DNA of 64,000 bases, taken from assembly GCA_039804105.1 (NCBI GenBank), contig JBDRZU010000001.1, forward strand, positions 960,001-1,024,000. Reading direction: 5' to 3'. This DNA is from a candidate division WOR-3 bacterium (GTDB lineage: Bacteria > Hydrothermota > 32-111). Of this stretch, positions 42,489 through 52,538 are shown one piece after another. The notes under the pieces were generated by a model that was not told the DNA's origin, did no database searches, and saw only the letters and a program-made list of their open reading frames with translations. The translations under genes were made by a program, and so were the position numbers. How positions within the stretch are numbered: the stretch's first letter is position 1; each line of letters begins with the position of its first letter.

Positions 42489-43620
42489 TCATTACCTCCC
42501 GAATCTTTGATAAAATCTCAGTTGGAGTTATAAATTCTCCATTTGCTTTTCCAAGAAACTCCACTTTCATCTTCGTTCCACATGCTCCCCTTTCAACTTC
42601 ACCAACGATCTGTCCAAGATTCATTTCAACAACAAGAAACTTTTTACAATGTTTTGAAAGTTTTTTGATCCTATCATAGTTGAATGGCCAGAGTGTAATC
42701 GGTCTGAAAAGTCCTGCCTTAATGTTTTCTCTTCTTGCATCCTTTATAGCCCTCATTGCACTTCTTGCAACTGATCCATAAGCAACAACAATTATTTCAG
42801 CATCATCGGTCATTCTTTCCTCATACCAATCAAAATTTTTCCTATTTTTTAAAATTTTATCTTTCAACCTTTCTTGAAGTTTTTCAACTATATTTGGATT
42901 CGAGGTAGGAAATCCGGTTTCATCATGTGTTAAACCTGTTATATGAAATCTATAACCTTCACCGTATGGAGCAAGTGGTGGAACAAGCCCATATTTGTTA
43001 TCAAAAGGTTTATATTGTTCACTCTGAACTGACGGCTTTACTCTATCTATTATCTTATAATTTTTTGCTTCATCGAGTATAACTTTTTCTCTCATATGAG
43101 CGATTATTTCATCTGTAAGAAGTATTACAGGTGTTCGATACATTTCAGACAGATTAAATGCTTCAAAAGTCAATTTAAAAGTTTCCTGTACTGAACACGG
43201 AGTTAAAACAATGATCTGATGGTCTCCATGGGTTCCCCATCTTGCCTGCATCACATCACCCTGTGAAGGATAAGTTGGCATTCCAGTTGAAGGTCCTCCC
43301 CTCATAACATTAACTATCACAACCGGAATCTCCCCCATTATAGCATAACCGATATGCTCCTGTTTTAAAGAGAATCCGGGCCCACTCGTTGCTGTCATTG
43401 ATTTTACCCCAGTTAAAGATGCACCTATTGCAGCACCTATTCCTGCAATTTCATCCTCCATCTGGATGAATTTACCTCCAACTTTTGGAAGTTCTTTTGA
43501 CATCCCTTCAGCGATTTCTGAAGAAGGAGTAATTGGATAACCTGCATAAAATTTACATCCACACATTATTGCAGCTTTTACAACCGCTTCATTTCCTGAT
43601 ATCAATTCTATATTTGACAT
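42481..43620 (-). CDS. korA: 2-oxoacid:ferredoxin oxidoreductase alpha subunit
   Basis: GYPITPSSE, QMEDE, ATSGPG.SL, RGGPSTG.PT, VEMNLGQ. Confidence 0.92.
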   Translation of the reverse strand: MSNIELISGNEAVVKAAIMCGCKFYAGYPITPSSEIAEGMSKELPKVGGKFIQMEDEIAGIGAAIGASLTGVKSMTATSGPGFSLKQEHIGYAIMGEIPVVIVNVMRGGPSTGMPTYPSQGDVMQARWGTHGDHQIIVLTPCSVQETFKLTFEAFNLSEMYRTPVILLTDEIIAHMREKVILDEAKNYKIIDRVKPSVQSEQYKPFDNKYGLVPPLAPYGEGYRFHITGLTHDETGFPTSNPNIVEKLQERLKDKILKNRKNFDWYEERMTDDAEIIVVAYGSVARSAMRAIKDARRENIKAGLFRPITLWPFNYDRIKKLSKHCKKFLVVEMNLGQIVGEVERGACGTKMKVEFLGKANGEFITPTEILSKIREVMNV

Positions 43621-44123
43621 TATTTCTCCTGTTTTATCATTGTTTTTCCATTTTTATCTATAAAAACTATCAGTGGAAACCCATCTATTTTCGCTTTGAA
43701 AAGTGCTTCACTCTTAAATTCTTTGAAAAGAACAGGTTCAATATGTTTTACTCTACTACCATACAAACTTCCAAGTCCACCAAATGCTAAAAAATATATT
43801 TTACCATATTTTTTATGTATATCAATATTTCTTTCTCCTTTACCTATGGTTCCTAAAATTCCATTTTCAAAAAGAAATGGTAAAAATCTATCCATTCTTT
43901 TTGAAGTCGTTGGACCAAAAGAAAAAAAACCTTTTTCATTTTTTTCTGTTGGTCCCGCATGATAAATAATACTATTTTTCAAAAAATCTGGAAAAATATT
44001 TTTTTTTTCCATAACTTTTAAAACTCTATCCCTTGCAACGAAGATTTCTCCTGATAATAATATACATTCTCCACTTTTGAGTTTTTTTATTTTTTCAATT
44101 TCAAAACTGTTCAATTCTTTCAT
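43620..44123 (-). CDS. Fe-S hydro-lyase (class I fumarase/tartrate dehydratase) beta subunit
   Basis: ARD, YHAGP, GPTTSKRM, IGKG. Confidence 0.88.
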   Translation of the reverse strand: MKELNSFEIEKIKKLKSGECILLSGEIFVARDRVLKVMEKKNIFPDFLKNSIIYHAGPTEKNEKGFFSFGPTTSKRMDRFLPFLFENGILGTIGKGERNIDIHKKYGKIYFLAFGGLGSLYGSRVKHIEPVLFKEFKSEALFKAKIDGFPLIVFIDKNGKTMIKQEK

Positions 44124-44932
44124 AGATATATAACACCAATCCTTTCCTGATAACAGTTAAACTGAATCGACAACGGAAATGTTGCAATATGTCTTTCACC
44201 AAAAATAACTCTGCAATCAAGAACCGTTTTACCAAAACCCAATCCCATAAAGCCCGTTTTTATATCAAGCGATTTTTCTAATACTTTTTCACTAATCCTT
44301 TTTTCAAAATACTTTTTGTTATGAAAAAATTTTCCTGTCAAAGCCAATTTTGAAAGCATTACAGATTCTAAACTACTTTTTCCTGAACCAATTCCAAGAA
44401 TATAAGGTGGACAACCTCTATCTTTTGCATCTTTAACACTCTCTATGATTTTAAAAACAATTTCATCCTCTGTTGTTGAAGGATTCAACATAAAAAGTTT
44501 TGAAAGATTTTCACTTCCACCACCTTTTGCCAGCAAAACAATTTTTACATTTTTTCTTTTTCTTTGAAAAATATAAACAGATGGAGAGTTTGAATATTTA
44601 CCATTATTATCAACTATCGAGTATCTTAAACCTAAAAGTTTTGTTTCTTTGTTCAAACTTTTTCGCAATTCACTTTCAAGATCAAATCCAAAACAAAAAT
44701 TTTCTGGAATTTCTATAAAAACCGAAAGATGGCCTGTGTCCTGACATAAAGGTGTTTTATTTTTTATTGATAATAGGTTATTTTCTTTATAGGAATCTAT
44801 AAAAAATTTTTCAACTTCGTTTGAAGTTTTTTGATTTTCAATTTTCTTTTTTACAAAAGAGGAAGGTTTTAAATTTATATTTTGATATAATTGAATAATT
44901 TTTCCAACAACACTTTTATCTATCTTTTTCAA
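44120..44932 (-). CDS. Fe-S hydro-lyase (class I fumarase/tartrate dehydratase) alpha subunit
   Basis: PLCQDTG, KGGGSEN, CPP..LGIG, HIA. Confidence 0.88.
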   Translation of the reverse strand: MKKIDKSVVGKIIQLYQNINLKPSSFVKKKIENQKTSNEVEKFFIDSYKENNLLSIKNKTPLCQDTGHLSVFIEIPENFCFGFDLESELRKSLNKETKLLGLRYSIVDNNGKYSNSPSVYIFQRKRKNVKIVLLAKGGGSENLSKLFMLNPSTTEDEIVFKIIESVKDAKDRGCPPYILGIGSGKSSLESVMLSKLALTGKFFHNKKYFEKRISEKVLEKSLDIKTGFMGLGFGKTVLDCRVIFGERHIATFPLSIQFNCYQERIGVIYL

Positions 44933-44949
44933 GAGAAACCCACTTGAAA

Positions 44950-45171
44950 TTATTTAACTTCTTCTTTCTGCTCTTCACATGTATGAACCTGAATTGCAAA
45001 ATCAGGACATCTGAGTTCGCACATATGGCAACCGATGCAATCATCAGGTCTTGCAGCAACTACTTTTCTGTCCTCTCCAATCTCAAGGACCTTTTTTGGA
45101 CAGTAGTGAACACAAAGAGAACATCCTTTACAAAGATTTTTAAAAATTTTATGTGTATATCTTTTTTTCAT
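44950..45171 (-). CDS. korD: 2x[4Fe-4S] ferredoxin, oxidoreductase delta subunit
   Basis: CKGCSLCVHYCP and CIGCHMCELRCPDFAI. Confidence 0.88.
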   Translation of the reverse strand: MKKRYTHKIFKNLCKGCSLCVHYCPKKVLEIGEDRKVVAARPDDCIGCHMCELRCPDFAIQVHTCEEQKEEVK

Positions 45172-45196
45172 AAAACCTCATTTTGTTAGTTTTATG

Positions 45197-45224
45197 ATTT
45201 TATAAAACCATAGATTAAAGTCAA
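45197..45224 (-). promoter_or_regulatory. Sigma70-like promoter of the kor/fumarase operon
   Basis: TTGACT (45224-45219), 16 bp, TAAAAT (45202-45197). Confidence 0.6.
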
Positions 45225-45228
45225 TAGT

Positions 45229-47520
45229 TTAGTTGTCTTTATCTTTAAAAGTGTTGGGCAAAATGAAAAGAAAGAGTGAAAATAATGAAAGCTTTATATA
45301 TGATTCTGGAAGCATCGGAATGCCATTTGTGAACGCTAAAAACCATAAAAATATAAGAAGATTTAGCCATGCTAATAATATAAAAATGCTTTTCACAAAA
45401 GATGGAAGAAAAATGATATTTTTTAAAATTGAAACAACAACAAAAAATATTATTAAAAATATCAGAGATTGAATTATGTTAAACCTTAAAAAGTAAAGAG
45501 GATTCTGTATTTTTTCATATTTAAGTATCAAAAAATTCAACCTATCAAAAAAATCTCCCTTTTCATTTATTATCATATTGTAAGTTAAATTATCAAAACT
45601 TTCTTTTTTTCCTGTTATAAAATAATAGCCATATTTTACTTTTTCGTTTTTTATACTACCAAGTAATTTTATCTCTTTTTCTTTTTCCTGCTTCATATTC
45701 AATCTATCATATATACCTGCAAAAGTTGTTGTTCCCCAAAAATTGACTCTAAAATTTGTGTCCTTAACACTTTTTTGATAAAGCAATATTGAAGAAAAAA
45801 TTATTATAAAAAGATAAAAAAGCCCAGGAATTATTTTGAAAAAGTTTAAAATTTTCCTATTTTTTCTTTGTTTTGAAATAATCTGTCCTACTCTTTTCGG
45901 ATCATCCCACAAGTTTTCAACTTCATCACTTGATTTCAGATTTATTGATTGTTCAAAACCTAAAATTTTCTTTAAAATTTTAACAGATTTCAAATCGATC
46001 TCATTTTTTTCAAGTATTGATATTATTTTTCTGTTTTCAATACTGGTGAGTTGATCCTTTTCTGAATATCTTTCAAGAAGAATTCTCAAACAGGTAATTT
46101 TATCCTTTTCTGACAATCCTGAACTATAAACAAAAATAGTTATATTTCTTATCACTTTTACTTCATTATTCGAACTCTTTGTTAAATCTATATATTCATC
46201 TATAAAACTTATAAATTCTCCGTTCAGCATTAAATCGATTATTTTGTTCTCAGCGGCAGTAGATTTTCGTGATAGATATTTGAAAAGAAAACTTTTTAAA
46301 TTGTTAACAGTTATTTTTTTCCCAAAAATAACAAAAGGCAAACTTTTATTGTATTGATAGATCAACCTCATTATTTTTAAATCTTCATTTATACCCGAAT
46401 CTTTTAAACTTTGAATGAATTTTAAATCTTTTTTCTGTTTATTGAAATCACAAACTGATGAAAATTCACCTCGACCGAGATTTTTAATCGCCAAATTCCA
46501 GTTTTCTTCATTTTCAGCAATCCCATAAGAAAGATCTTTTAAAGAATTATAAAATTTCCCATTTAACTCAAAAGGTTTTGTTATACTTTCAGTTTCATCT
46601 TCCTCAACAACTTTTTCTATTTTTCCGATTATCCAATTATTGACCTGCTGAAAACCCCATCTTTTTTCGTAATCTCTAAGAAGTAATCCTTTTATCAGGA
46701 TTCTTAAATTTTGATCTATTTTTTCAGGTATCTCTATATTTTTTGTTGTGATATTCACAAAAACTACTTGTTGCGTAGCACCTTTAAAAGGTAACTCACC
46801 AAAAACCAACTCATAAAGAGTCATTCCCAATGTCCAATAATCCGATTCTTTTCTCATAGCACCAGATAACATTTCTGGAGACATATAACTTGTTGTTCCT
46901 CTGACCTGTGTGAACCTCATAGTTTGTTCATCATCAAGAAGGTTTGAAATTCCAAAATCAGAAAATATTACAGATTTAATATTGTCATTTCTTAACAATA
47001 GATTTGATGGTTTCAGATCAAGATAGATTATTCCTTCATCATGTAAAATTTTTAACCCTTTATTAACCTTTTTAACAAATTCTTTAGTTTCATTGAGCGA
47101 TAATTTTCTTTTTTTAACAAAATCTTTTAATGTCCCCGCTTGAGCGTACTCCATTACTTCATAATATCTTTCATTAACATCATCATATTCGAACTCATAA
47201 ATTTGAACAAAAAAATCTTTATTATTTTTGCTTAGGTTCATTATCTTTTTTATAACTTCACTCTTGGGTACTATGCCCTTTCTATAAAATTTTAGAAAAT
47301 ATTTTTCATTGTTCTTTGAAACAAGATATGTATCCGATTCTCCTCCTTGAGCAGGGAATTCCTTTTCAATGATATAATCTTTAATCTTTGTAGGTCTGAC
47401 AGAATTTTCTTGAACATTTTCTTTTCTTGACACTGAATAATTTTTTACTATTGTTTTTTCATCTTGTAAAATTTCATTATTTTCAAAATTTTTCCTTATA
47501 GTTTTATCATTATCAAACAT
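45229..47520 (-). CDS. Hanks-type Ser/Thr protein kinase with C-terminal TM helices
   Basis: QGGES, LK, VMEY..GTL, YLDLKPSN, DFG, GT..YMSPE, DYWTLG; about 4 hydrophobic segments in the C-terminal part. Confidence 0.92.
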   Translation of the reverse strand: MFDNDKTIRKNFENNEILQDEKTIVKNYSVSRKENVQENSVRPTKIKDYIIEKEFPAQGGESDTYLVSKNNEKYFLKFYRKGIVPKSEVIKKIMNLSKNNKDFFVQIYEFEYDDVNERYYEVMEYAQAGTLKDFVKKRKLSLNETKEFVKKVNKGLKILHDEGIIYLDLKPSNLLLRNDNIKSVIFSDFGISNLLDDEQTMRFTQVRGTTSYMSPEMLSGAMRKESDYWTLGMTLYELVFGELPFKGATQQVVFVNITTKNIEIPEKIDQNLRILIKGLLLRDYEKRWGFQQVNNWIIGKIEKVVEEDETESITKPFELNGKFYNSLKDLSYGIAENEENWNLAIKNLGRGEFSSVCDFNKQKKDLKFIQSLKDSGINEDLKIMRLIYQYNKSLPFVIFGKKITVNNLKSFLFKYLSRKSTAAENKIIDLMLNGEFISFIDEYIDLTKSSNNEVKVIRNITIFVYSSGLSEKDKITCLRILLERYSEKDQLTSIENRKIISILEKNEIDLKSVKILKKILGFEQSINLKSSDEVENLWDDPKRVGQIISKQRKNRKILNFFKIIPGLFYLFIIIFSSILLYQKSVKDTNFRVNFWGTTTFAGIYDRLNMKQEKEKEIKLLGSIKNEKVKYGYYFITGKKESFDNLTYNMIINEKGDFFDRLNFLILKYEKIQNPLYFLRFNIIQSLIFLIIFFVVVSILKNIIFLPSFVKSIFILLAWLNLLIFLWFLAFTNGIPMLPESYIKLSLFSLFLFILPNTFKDKDN

Positions 47521-47523
47521 CTA

Positions 47524-47964
47524 TTACCCCTCCTTTTCCACCTCTATTAAAAGGTCCCCGGCAAGTGAGATTTTATCTCCTTCTTTAATTTTATATTGTT
47601 TGTATTCTTCACATTTTTTTTCGTTTAAAAATGTTCCATTTGAACTTCCAAGATCCTCGATGAACCATTCGTTTCCTTTTTTCTCAACTCTAATATGTTC
47701 TCGTGATACTGTTTTTATATTTGAACAATCAATCTTTACCCCTTTTCGACCAATGATATCTCCACTTTCAATCTCAAATTTTTTGTTCATACAACTAAAA
47801 ATAATCGTTGTAATATTTTCATTTTCTTCTTTAACTACTTTATTATTCAAATCGTTTTCATCAACAGGTGAAATATCCGCAATATTATTATTACATTTTG
47901 AACAATTCATTTGAGTTATTTCATTCTTTTCATTACAAACTGGACAGATTTTTATCAATCCCAT
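47524..47964 (-). CDS. Zn-ribbon plus FHA domain protein
   Basis: CPVC...CSKC; IIGR, VSREH, DLGSSNGTFLN. Confidence 0.92.
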   Translation of the reverse strand: MGLIKICPVCNEKNEITQMNCSKCNNNIADISPVDENDLNNKVVKEENENITTIIFSCMNKKFEIESGDIIGRKGVKIDCSNIKTVSREHIRVEKKGNEWFIEDLGSSNGTFLNEKKCEEYKQYKIKEGDKISLAGDLLIEVEKEG

Positions 47965-47972
47965 AAAAACCT

Positions 47973-48527
47973 CTATTTTGGTATTCCTGAAATTATAAAC
48001 TCGTTTTCAAACTTAAATTTCTGAAAAATATTGTTTTTTCTTGTTCTTCTATATTTTTCATATTTTTCCCTTATCATATTTTTCTTGCTCAAAATTATCA
48101 TTTTTTGATTGTTCGATCCTCTCCAGATAAGGTTCGATTTTTTATCTTTTATGTAATTTCCATCGATTAAAACTGAAATATATTTCAAACAAGTTTTAAA
48201 ATTATTCCTTATATTCTCAAATCTATAACCGGTGTAAACTAAAATGTCATCATATTCTTGTTTTATTTCTTTTAATAGGATCAAAAGAGATGAATACTGT
48301 AAAAAAGGTTCTCCACCCGATATTGTTATTCCTTCACAACCAGATTTTTTAGATACAATCATTTTTTTTATCAGATCCTCAACCAAAATTTCAAAGCCAC
48401 CTTTTTTATCCCATGTGTGTTGTGACATACATCCCTTACATCTTATATCACATCCCTGTGTCCATAGAACAAACCTTTTCCCGGGTCCAAGATTGTAAAT
48501 TGGAAAATAAAAAGCACTTATTCTCAT
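47973..48527 (-). CDS. NrdG-like radical SAM (activase-type) protein
   Basis: LGPGKR, QGCDIRCKGC (CX3CX2C), ISGGEPF, YTGY, IDG.Y, RGSNNQ; ATGA overlap with the ATPase stop. Confidence 0.85.
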   Translation of the reverse strand: MRISAFYFPIYNLGPGKRFVLWTQGCDIRCKGCMSQHTWDKKGGFEILVEDLIKKMIVSKKSGCEGITISGGEPFLQYSSLLILLKEIKQEYDDILVYTGYRFENIRNNFKTCLKYISVLIDGNYIKDKKSNLIWRGSNNQKMIILSKKNMIREKYEKYRRTRKNNIFQKFKFENEFIISGIPK

Positions 48528-50347
48528 CTTTTTATTAACATTTTCCATCTGTTATCTTCCTTGACTATTTTTTCTATAATTAAATTTTCTCCTTCCTTTG
48601 ACTCTATTTCAAACAGAGTTCTTGAAAGTGTATTTATGAAAACATCTTCTATAACATTTCCTATTCCCCTTCCTCCCATCGATAAATCTTTTGTCGCTTC
48701 AGAATACACAGTTCCTAATGCTTCAGATGTTAAATTTACTGTTATCTTTTTTGTATCCAGAAGTTTGTCTTTTACTCTATTTATCATCTTATTCACGATA
48801 TTCAATGCAACATCTTTCCTGATAAAATCGAACACAACAATATTTTCACCAATTCTGTTTAAAATTTCTGCTCTATTTATTTTATACTTGAAAAAGTCAT
48901 TTATAGCATCTTTAATTCTTTTTTCTATTTCAGAATATTCCATCTCCGGACTTATTCTTTGTATTCTTGTTCCATCATCTTTTCTTTCATAGACACCAAG
49001 ATTACTTGTAAAAATTATCAAAGATTCAGAAAAATAGGCAAGTTCTCCCCTTCCAGAAGTTAATCGACCATCATCTAGTATTTGTAAAAATATATCGAGT
49101 ATTTTACTATGTGCCTTTTCTATCTCATCAAAAAGTATCACGGAAAATGGTTTTGCTTTTATCGAATTAATAAGTTCTCCCCCTGTTTCATATCCAACAT
49201 AACCGGGAGGAGCACCTATCAACCTCTGGTCCGAGTGTTCTTTTGAAAATTCACTCATATCAAATCTTATATAACTTGTCTCATTCCCAAAAATCAATTT
49301 TGTAATTGACTTTGCAAGTTCTGTCTTCCCAACTCCTGTTGGTCCTGCAAAAAACAAAACACCTTTTGGCCTCTGTGAAATAGAGGAATATTGTGAACCT
49401 GATAGATTGAACACTGATCTTTTGATTATATCTGCTGCTTTAGTCACGGCTTTTTCCTGTCCAAAAACATCTTTTTTCAAAATATCTTCACTCTTTTTTA
49501 TAACTTCGAGGTTTAATTTCGACCATGGGTTCTCTTCAATGCCAAGTTTATATCTTCTGATCGCTTCTCCTATTTCAAAAAAAGAAAGGTTTTCTTTTTT
49601 TGCGATCGATACAATCGATGCTATTTCCTGTCCTTGTAATTCTGTTGTTTGACCTATAAAGATTTCCTTAATCTCATTTACTTTTTGATTGTTTTCTTCA
49701 AACCCTTTTATATTTTTTGATAGTAACTCAACGATAATCTTTCTTGTTTCATAATCTGGCTTTGGGATATTTAACGATTTTATTCGATAATTCCCAATGT
49801 TAAACCAGGCAGGTAGATCATTATCTTTTTCAAGAATCCATAATACAAGGTTATATTGAGCCAAATTTTTCTCTTTGATAAACACTGGCTGACATACAAG
49901 CGATAATCTAAAAAGTTTATAATAAAATTCATCTATCTCATTTCTTGAAAGTTCACCATATCTTGATGAGAAACTCAGTTGTACTATTGATAAAATTTTT
50001 TTATTGTTTACTATTTTTTCTATAATCACTGCAGAATCCTTTAATCCACAATCAAGATAATTCTCTTTATTTATACTGTACCCTGTTATCTCTTTTGCAT
50101 AATCCTCTTTTCCTGAAACTAATTTAAAACCATATTTTGGTTCAAATGAAAATACGAGATCATACCCTTCCTCTTTTAAAACATAGTTCAAATAATCTTT
50201 TAGACCAAGAGTTGTCGGAATCACTGTATTCTGACTGTTCATATAATATGGATAAATATCATAAATGTTACCGCATAGTAAAAATTGAGATTTTATCGAA
50301 CAAAACCTTTTTAACTCTTTTGCCCATTTTGGATAGTAACCTGCCAT
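48524..50347 (-). CDS. AAA+ ATPase with one intact ClpA/B NBD2-type domain
   Basis: GPTGVGKTELAK, DMSEF, GAPPGYVGY, FDEIEKAH, LDDGRLT; no Walker A in the N-terminal half; GGGGAGG RBS before MAGYY. Confidence 0.9.
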   Translation of the reverse strand: MAGYYPKWAKELKRFCSIKSQFLLCGNIYDIYPYYMNSQNTVIPTTLGLKDYLNYVLKEEGYDLVFSFEPKYGFKLVSGKEDYAKEITGYSINKENYLDCGLKDSAVIIEKIVNNKKILSIVQLSFSSRYGELSRNEIDEFYYKLFRLSLVCQPVFIKEKNLAQYNLVLWILEKDNDLPAWFNIGNYRIKSLNIPKPDYETRKIIVELLSKNIKGFEENNQKVNEIKEIFIGQTTELQGQEIASIVSIAKKENLSFFEIGEAIRRYKLGIEENPWSKLNLEVIKKSEDILKKDVFGQEKAVTKAADIIKRSVFNLSGSQYSSISQRPKGVLFFAGPTGVGKTELAKSITKLIFGNETSYIRFDMSEFSKEHSDQRLIGAPPGYVGYETGGELINSIKAKPFSVILFDEIEKAHSKILDIFLQILDDGRLTSGRGELAYFSESLIIFTSNLGVYERKDDGTRIQRISPEMEYSEIEKRIKDAINDFFKYKINRAEILNRIGENIVVFDFIRKDVALNIVNKMINRVKDKLLDTKKITVNLTSEALGTVYSEATKDLSMGGRGIGNVIEDVFINTLSRTLFEIESKEGENLIIEKIVKEDNRWKMLIKR

Positions 50348-50413
50348 TTTTATTTCCTCCCCTTGTACTTTTTTCAATTAAAATAAACTTAAATTTTTCA
50401 TTAAAAGTAAATT

Positions 50414-51781
50414 TTATTCAAAAGAAGATTTTATATTTTTCTTTTCCTCTTGTCTTTTTTCTTTTAGATTTTCTTCTATTAAAACTTCATATTCTATGTT
50501 ATCAAATTCTGGTTCAACTACTATTAGGTCTTCAAACATTATTTCTTCCAAACTTATTTCTTTTAATATGTTTTTGTACAGATTGCACCATTTTCTTGCA
50601 TTATTTTCATCTTCTTTTTTTTCAAAGTCACTGACAGAATCCTTTCTTTTTGTACTTCTTTTTACATACTTTGTAATTATCTTTCCATCACTATAAGATA
50701 CTTTCACAACATATTCACCTTTTTTTATCTCTACATTTTCACCTTCAACAAGTTTTTCAAAAAGTTTTTCATCAAGTATAATCCATCCTTCCTCTTTTAC
50801 TTTTTTTTCAAATAAAGGCAATTTTTCTTTTAACTTGTTTTTTCTTTCCTCTTCATATAAAAATTGTTCAATTTCATCTTCCAACTTTTCATACTGGTTA
50901 GGATCAATTAAATCCTTTCGCATCAAATTCCCTAAATTTCTCATTAAAATCTGGTATTTTTGATTTTTATTTTCAATATTCATAACATTATTTCGATATT
51001 CCGATAATTTTTCTTTCAAAATTTCGTTCATCACAGATATTTTTTTTATGTTTTCAAAGTTGTAAACAAGTTGTGTATATAATGTATCAACTCTTGTTTT
51101 ATTGTCTGACTTCAAAATCTCTTCAAGAATTTTTTGATTTTCATTTTCATCTGATCCAGTAAAATTCTTTATTTTTTCATATATTAATTTTGCTTTTTCC
51201 TTTTTTTGTTGTAATTGAAGATTTTCATTTTTTGCATAAGAAATGTTTGAAATAACTTTTTCTTCTTTCAAATTCGAACCTTTCATTGCCAGATAGTTTT
51301 GATACTTATTCACTATATCATCATTTTTGATTTTTAGTTTCTCAAGTTTTTGTTTTTGTATATAAATATCTTTTTCATTTTTAATTTCATCAAGTTCTTT
51401 TTTTATTACATTTACCTCATTAAAAAAAATATTTCCAATATCACCAAAATTCAAATCACTTTCAATCTTTGTTATATTTGCATTGTTATTTAAAATAATT
51501 TCATTTTCCTCATTTTCAATTTTTTTTATTTCAGTAAACAACTTATGAAAATTTCTCCTCATATTTTTTTCAACCTGTTCCATAACGATTGAACTTCTTT
51601 CATATCTAATTTCACTGTTTATTTTTTTAGCAAGATCATTTATCTTAACTTGAATTTCATTTTTTCTTTTATCAGAAATTTTTGATATTTTTCTCTCACA
51701 TTTCATCAAGTTGTTAGTTAAAATGTTCATGATCCTTTTCTTCTCGTTCAAATAAATTCTTGTTTCTACATAACTACTCAT
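50414..51781 (-). CDS. Coiled-coil-rich hypothetical protein
   Basis: 455-aa E/K/N-rich ORF overlapping the PP2C stop. Confidence 0.75.
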   Translation of the reverse strand: MSSYVETRIYLNEKKRIMNILTNNLMKCERKISKISDKRKNEIQVKINDLAKKINSEIRYERSSIVMEQVEKNMRRNFHKLFTEIKKIENEENEIILNNNANITKIESDLNFGDIGNIFFNEVNVIKKELDEIKNEKDIYIQKQKLEKLKIKNDDIVNKYQNYLAMKGSNLKEEKVISNISYAKNENLQLQQKKEKAKLIYEKIKNFTGSDENENQKILEEILKSDNKTRVDTLYTQLVYNFENIKKISVMNEILKEKLSEYRNNVMNIENKNQKYQILMRNLGNLMRKDLIDPNQYEKLEDEIEQFLYEEERKNKLKEKLPLFEKKVKEEGWIILDEKLFEKLVEGENVEIKKGEYVVKVSYSDGKIITKYVKRSTKRKDSVSDFEKKEDENNARKWCNLYKNILKEISLEEIMFEDLIVVEPEFDNIEYEVLIEENLKEKRQEEKKNIKSSFE

Positions 51782-52538
51782 CTAAACACCTCACTATAAT
51801 AAAGGTTATATTATCTTTTCCTCCATTTTCGAGTGCTTTTTCAAGTAAAAATTTTCCTGTTTCTTCAAGATTTTCTTTTTGAAATCCCTCTTCCATTGTA
51901 TCGATTTCTACACTATCCCAGAGTCCATCGGAACATATTAAAAATGTATCTCCCTTTTCAAAACTTTTTTCAACTATATTCATTTGTGGTATATTTCCCG
52001 CTCCGTCCCCTGAAATTGATGAAGTGATAACATTATGGGGAACATTTTCTATCTTGTCAGATATTCCATTATCCTTCATCATTTCAAGAACAGAATGATC
52101 TTTTGATAACCTTTCAAGATATTTACCTGAAAGTTTATAAACTCTTGAATCACCAACATTAAAAACAACGATCTTCTCTTTGTCAAATGTAATTCCTGCA
52201 ACAGTTGTTCCAAGTCCCGATAATTTTTCATCATTTTGGGAAATATTGTCAAGTTCGATTTTTGATGATTTTATAAATTCTTCAATTTTTTTATCATTTT
52301 TTTCTATGATATAACCTCTTAAATGTTCAAGAACGATTTTACTTGCTATTTCTCCTCCCTTATTCCCTCCAATCCCATCAGTCACTGAAAAAATCGTTTT
52401 ACTTTTCTCAAAACAATGCGATGTTACAACCTCCATATTTGTTCTATTAAATATCATATCATCAACAAGTAAAGAATCTTCATTGTTTTCTCTTTTTAAT
52501 CCAATATTGGTAACAAATACCACCTTAAATTTTGTCAT
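51774..52538 (-). CDS. PP2C/PPM-family Ser/Thr phosphatase
   Basis: G.KRENNED, VTDGIGG, GTT, NVGDSRVY, DHS, CSDGL, GGKDNIT. Confidence 0.93.
   Translation of the reverse strand: MTKFKVVFVTNIGLKRENNEDSLLVDDMIFNRTNMEVVTSHCFEKSKTIFSVTDGIGGNKGGEIASKIVLEHLRGYIIEKNDKKIEEFIKSSKIELDNISQNDEKLSGLGTTVAGITFDKEKIVVFNVGDSRVYKLSGKYLERLSKDHSVLEMMKDNGISDKIENVPHNVITSSISGDGAGNIPQMNIVEKSFEKGDTFLICSDGLWDSVEIDTMEEGFQKENLEETGKFLLEKALENGGKDNITFIIVRCLDE

Noticed and set aside
47973..48548. Calling the radical SAM gene nrdG
   Set aside because: No nrdD in the window, and the gene is embedded in the kinase/ATPase operon
48524..50377. Calling the ATPase clpB, clpA or T6SS clpV
   Set aside because: Only NBD2 is intact, and no T6SS structural genes are present despite the FHA/kinase/PP2C trio
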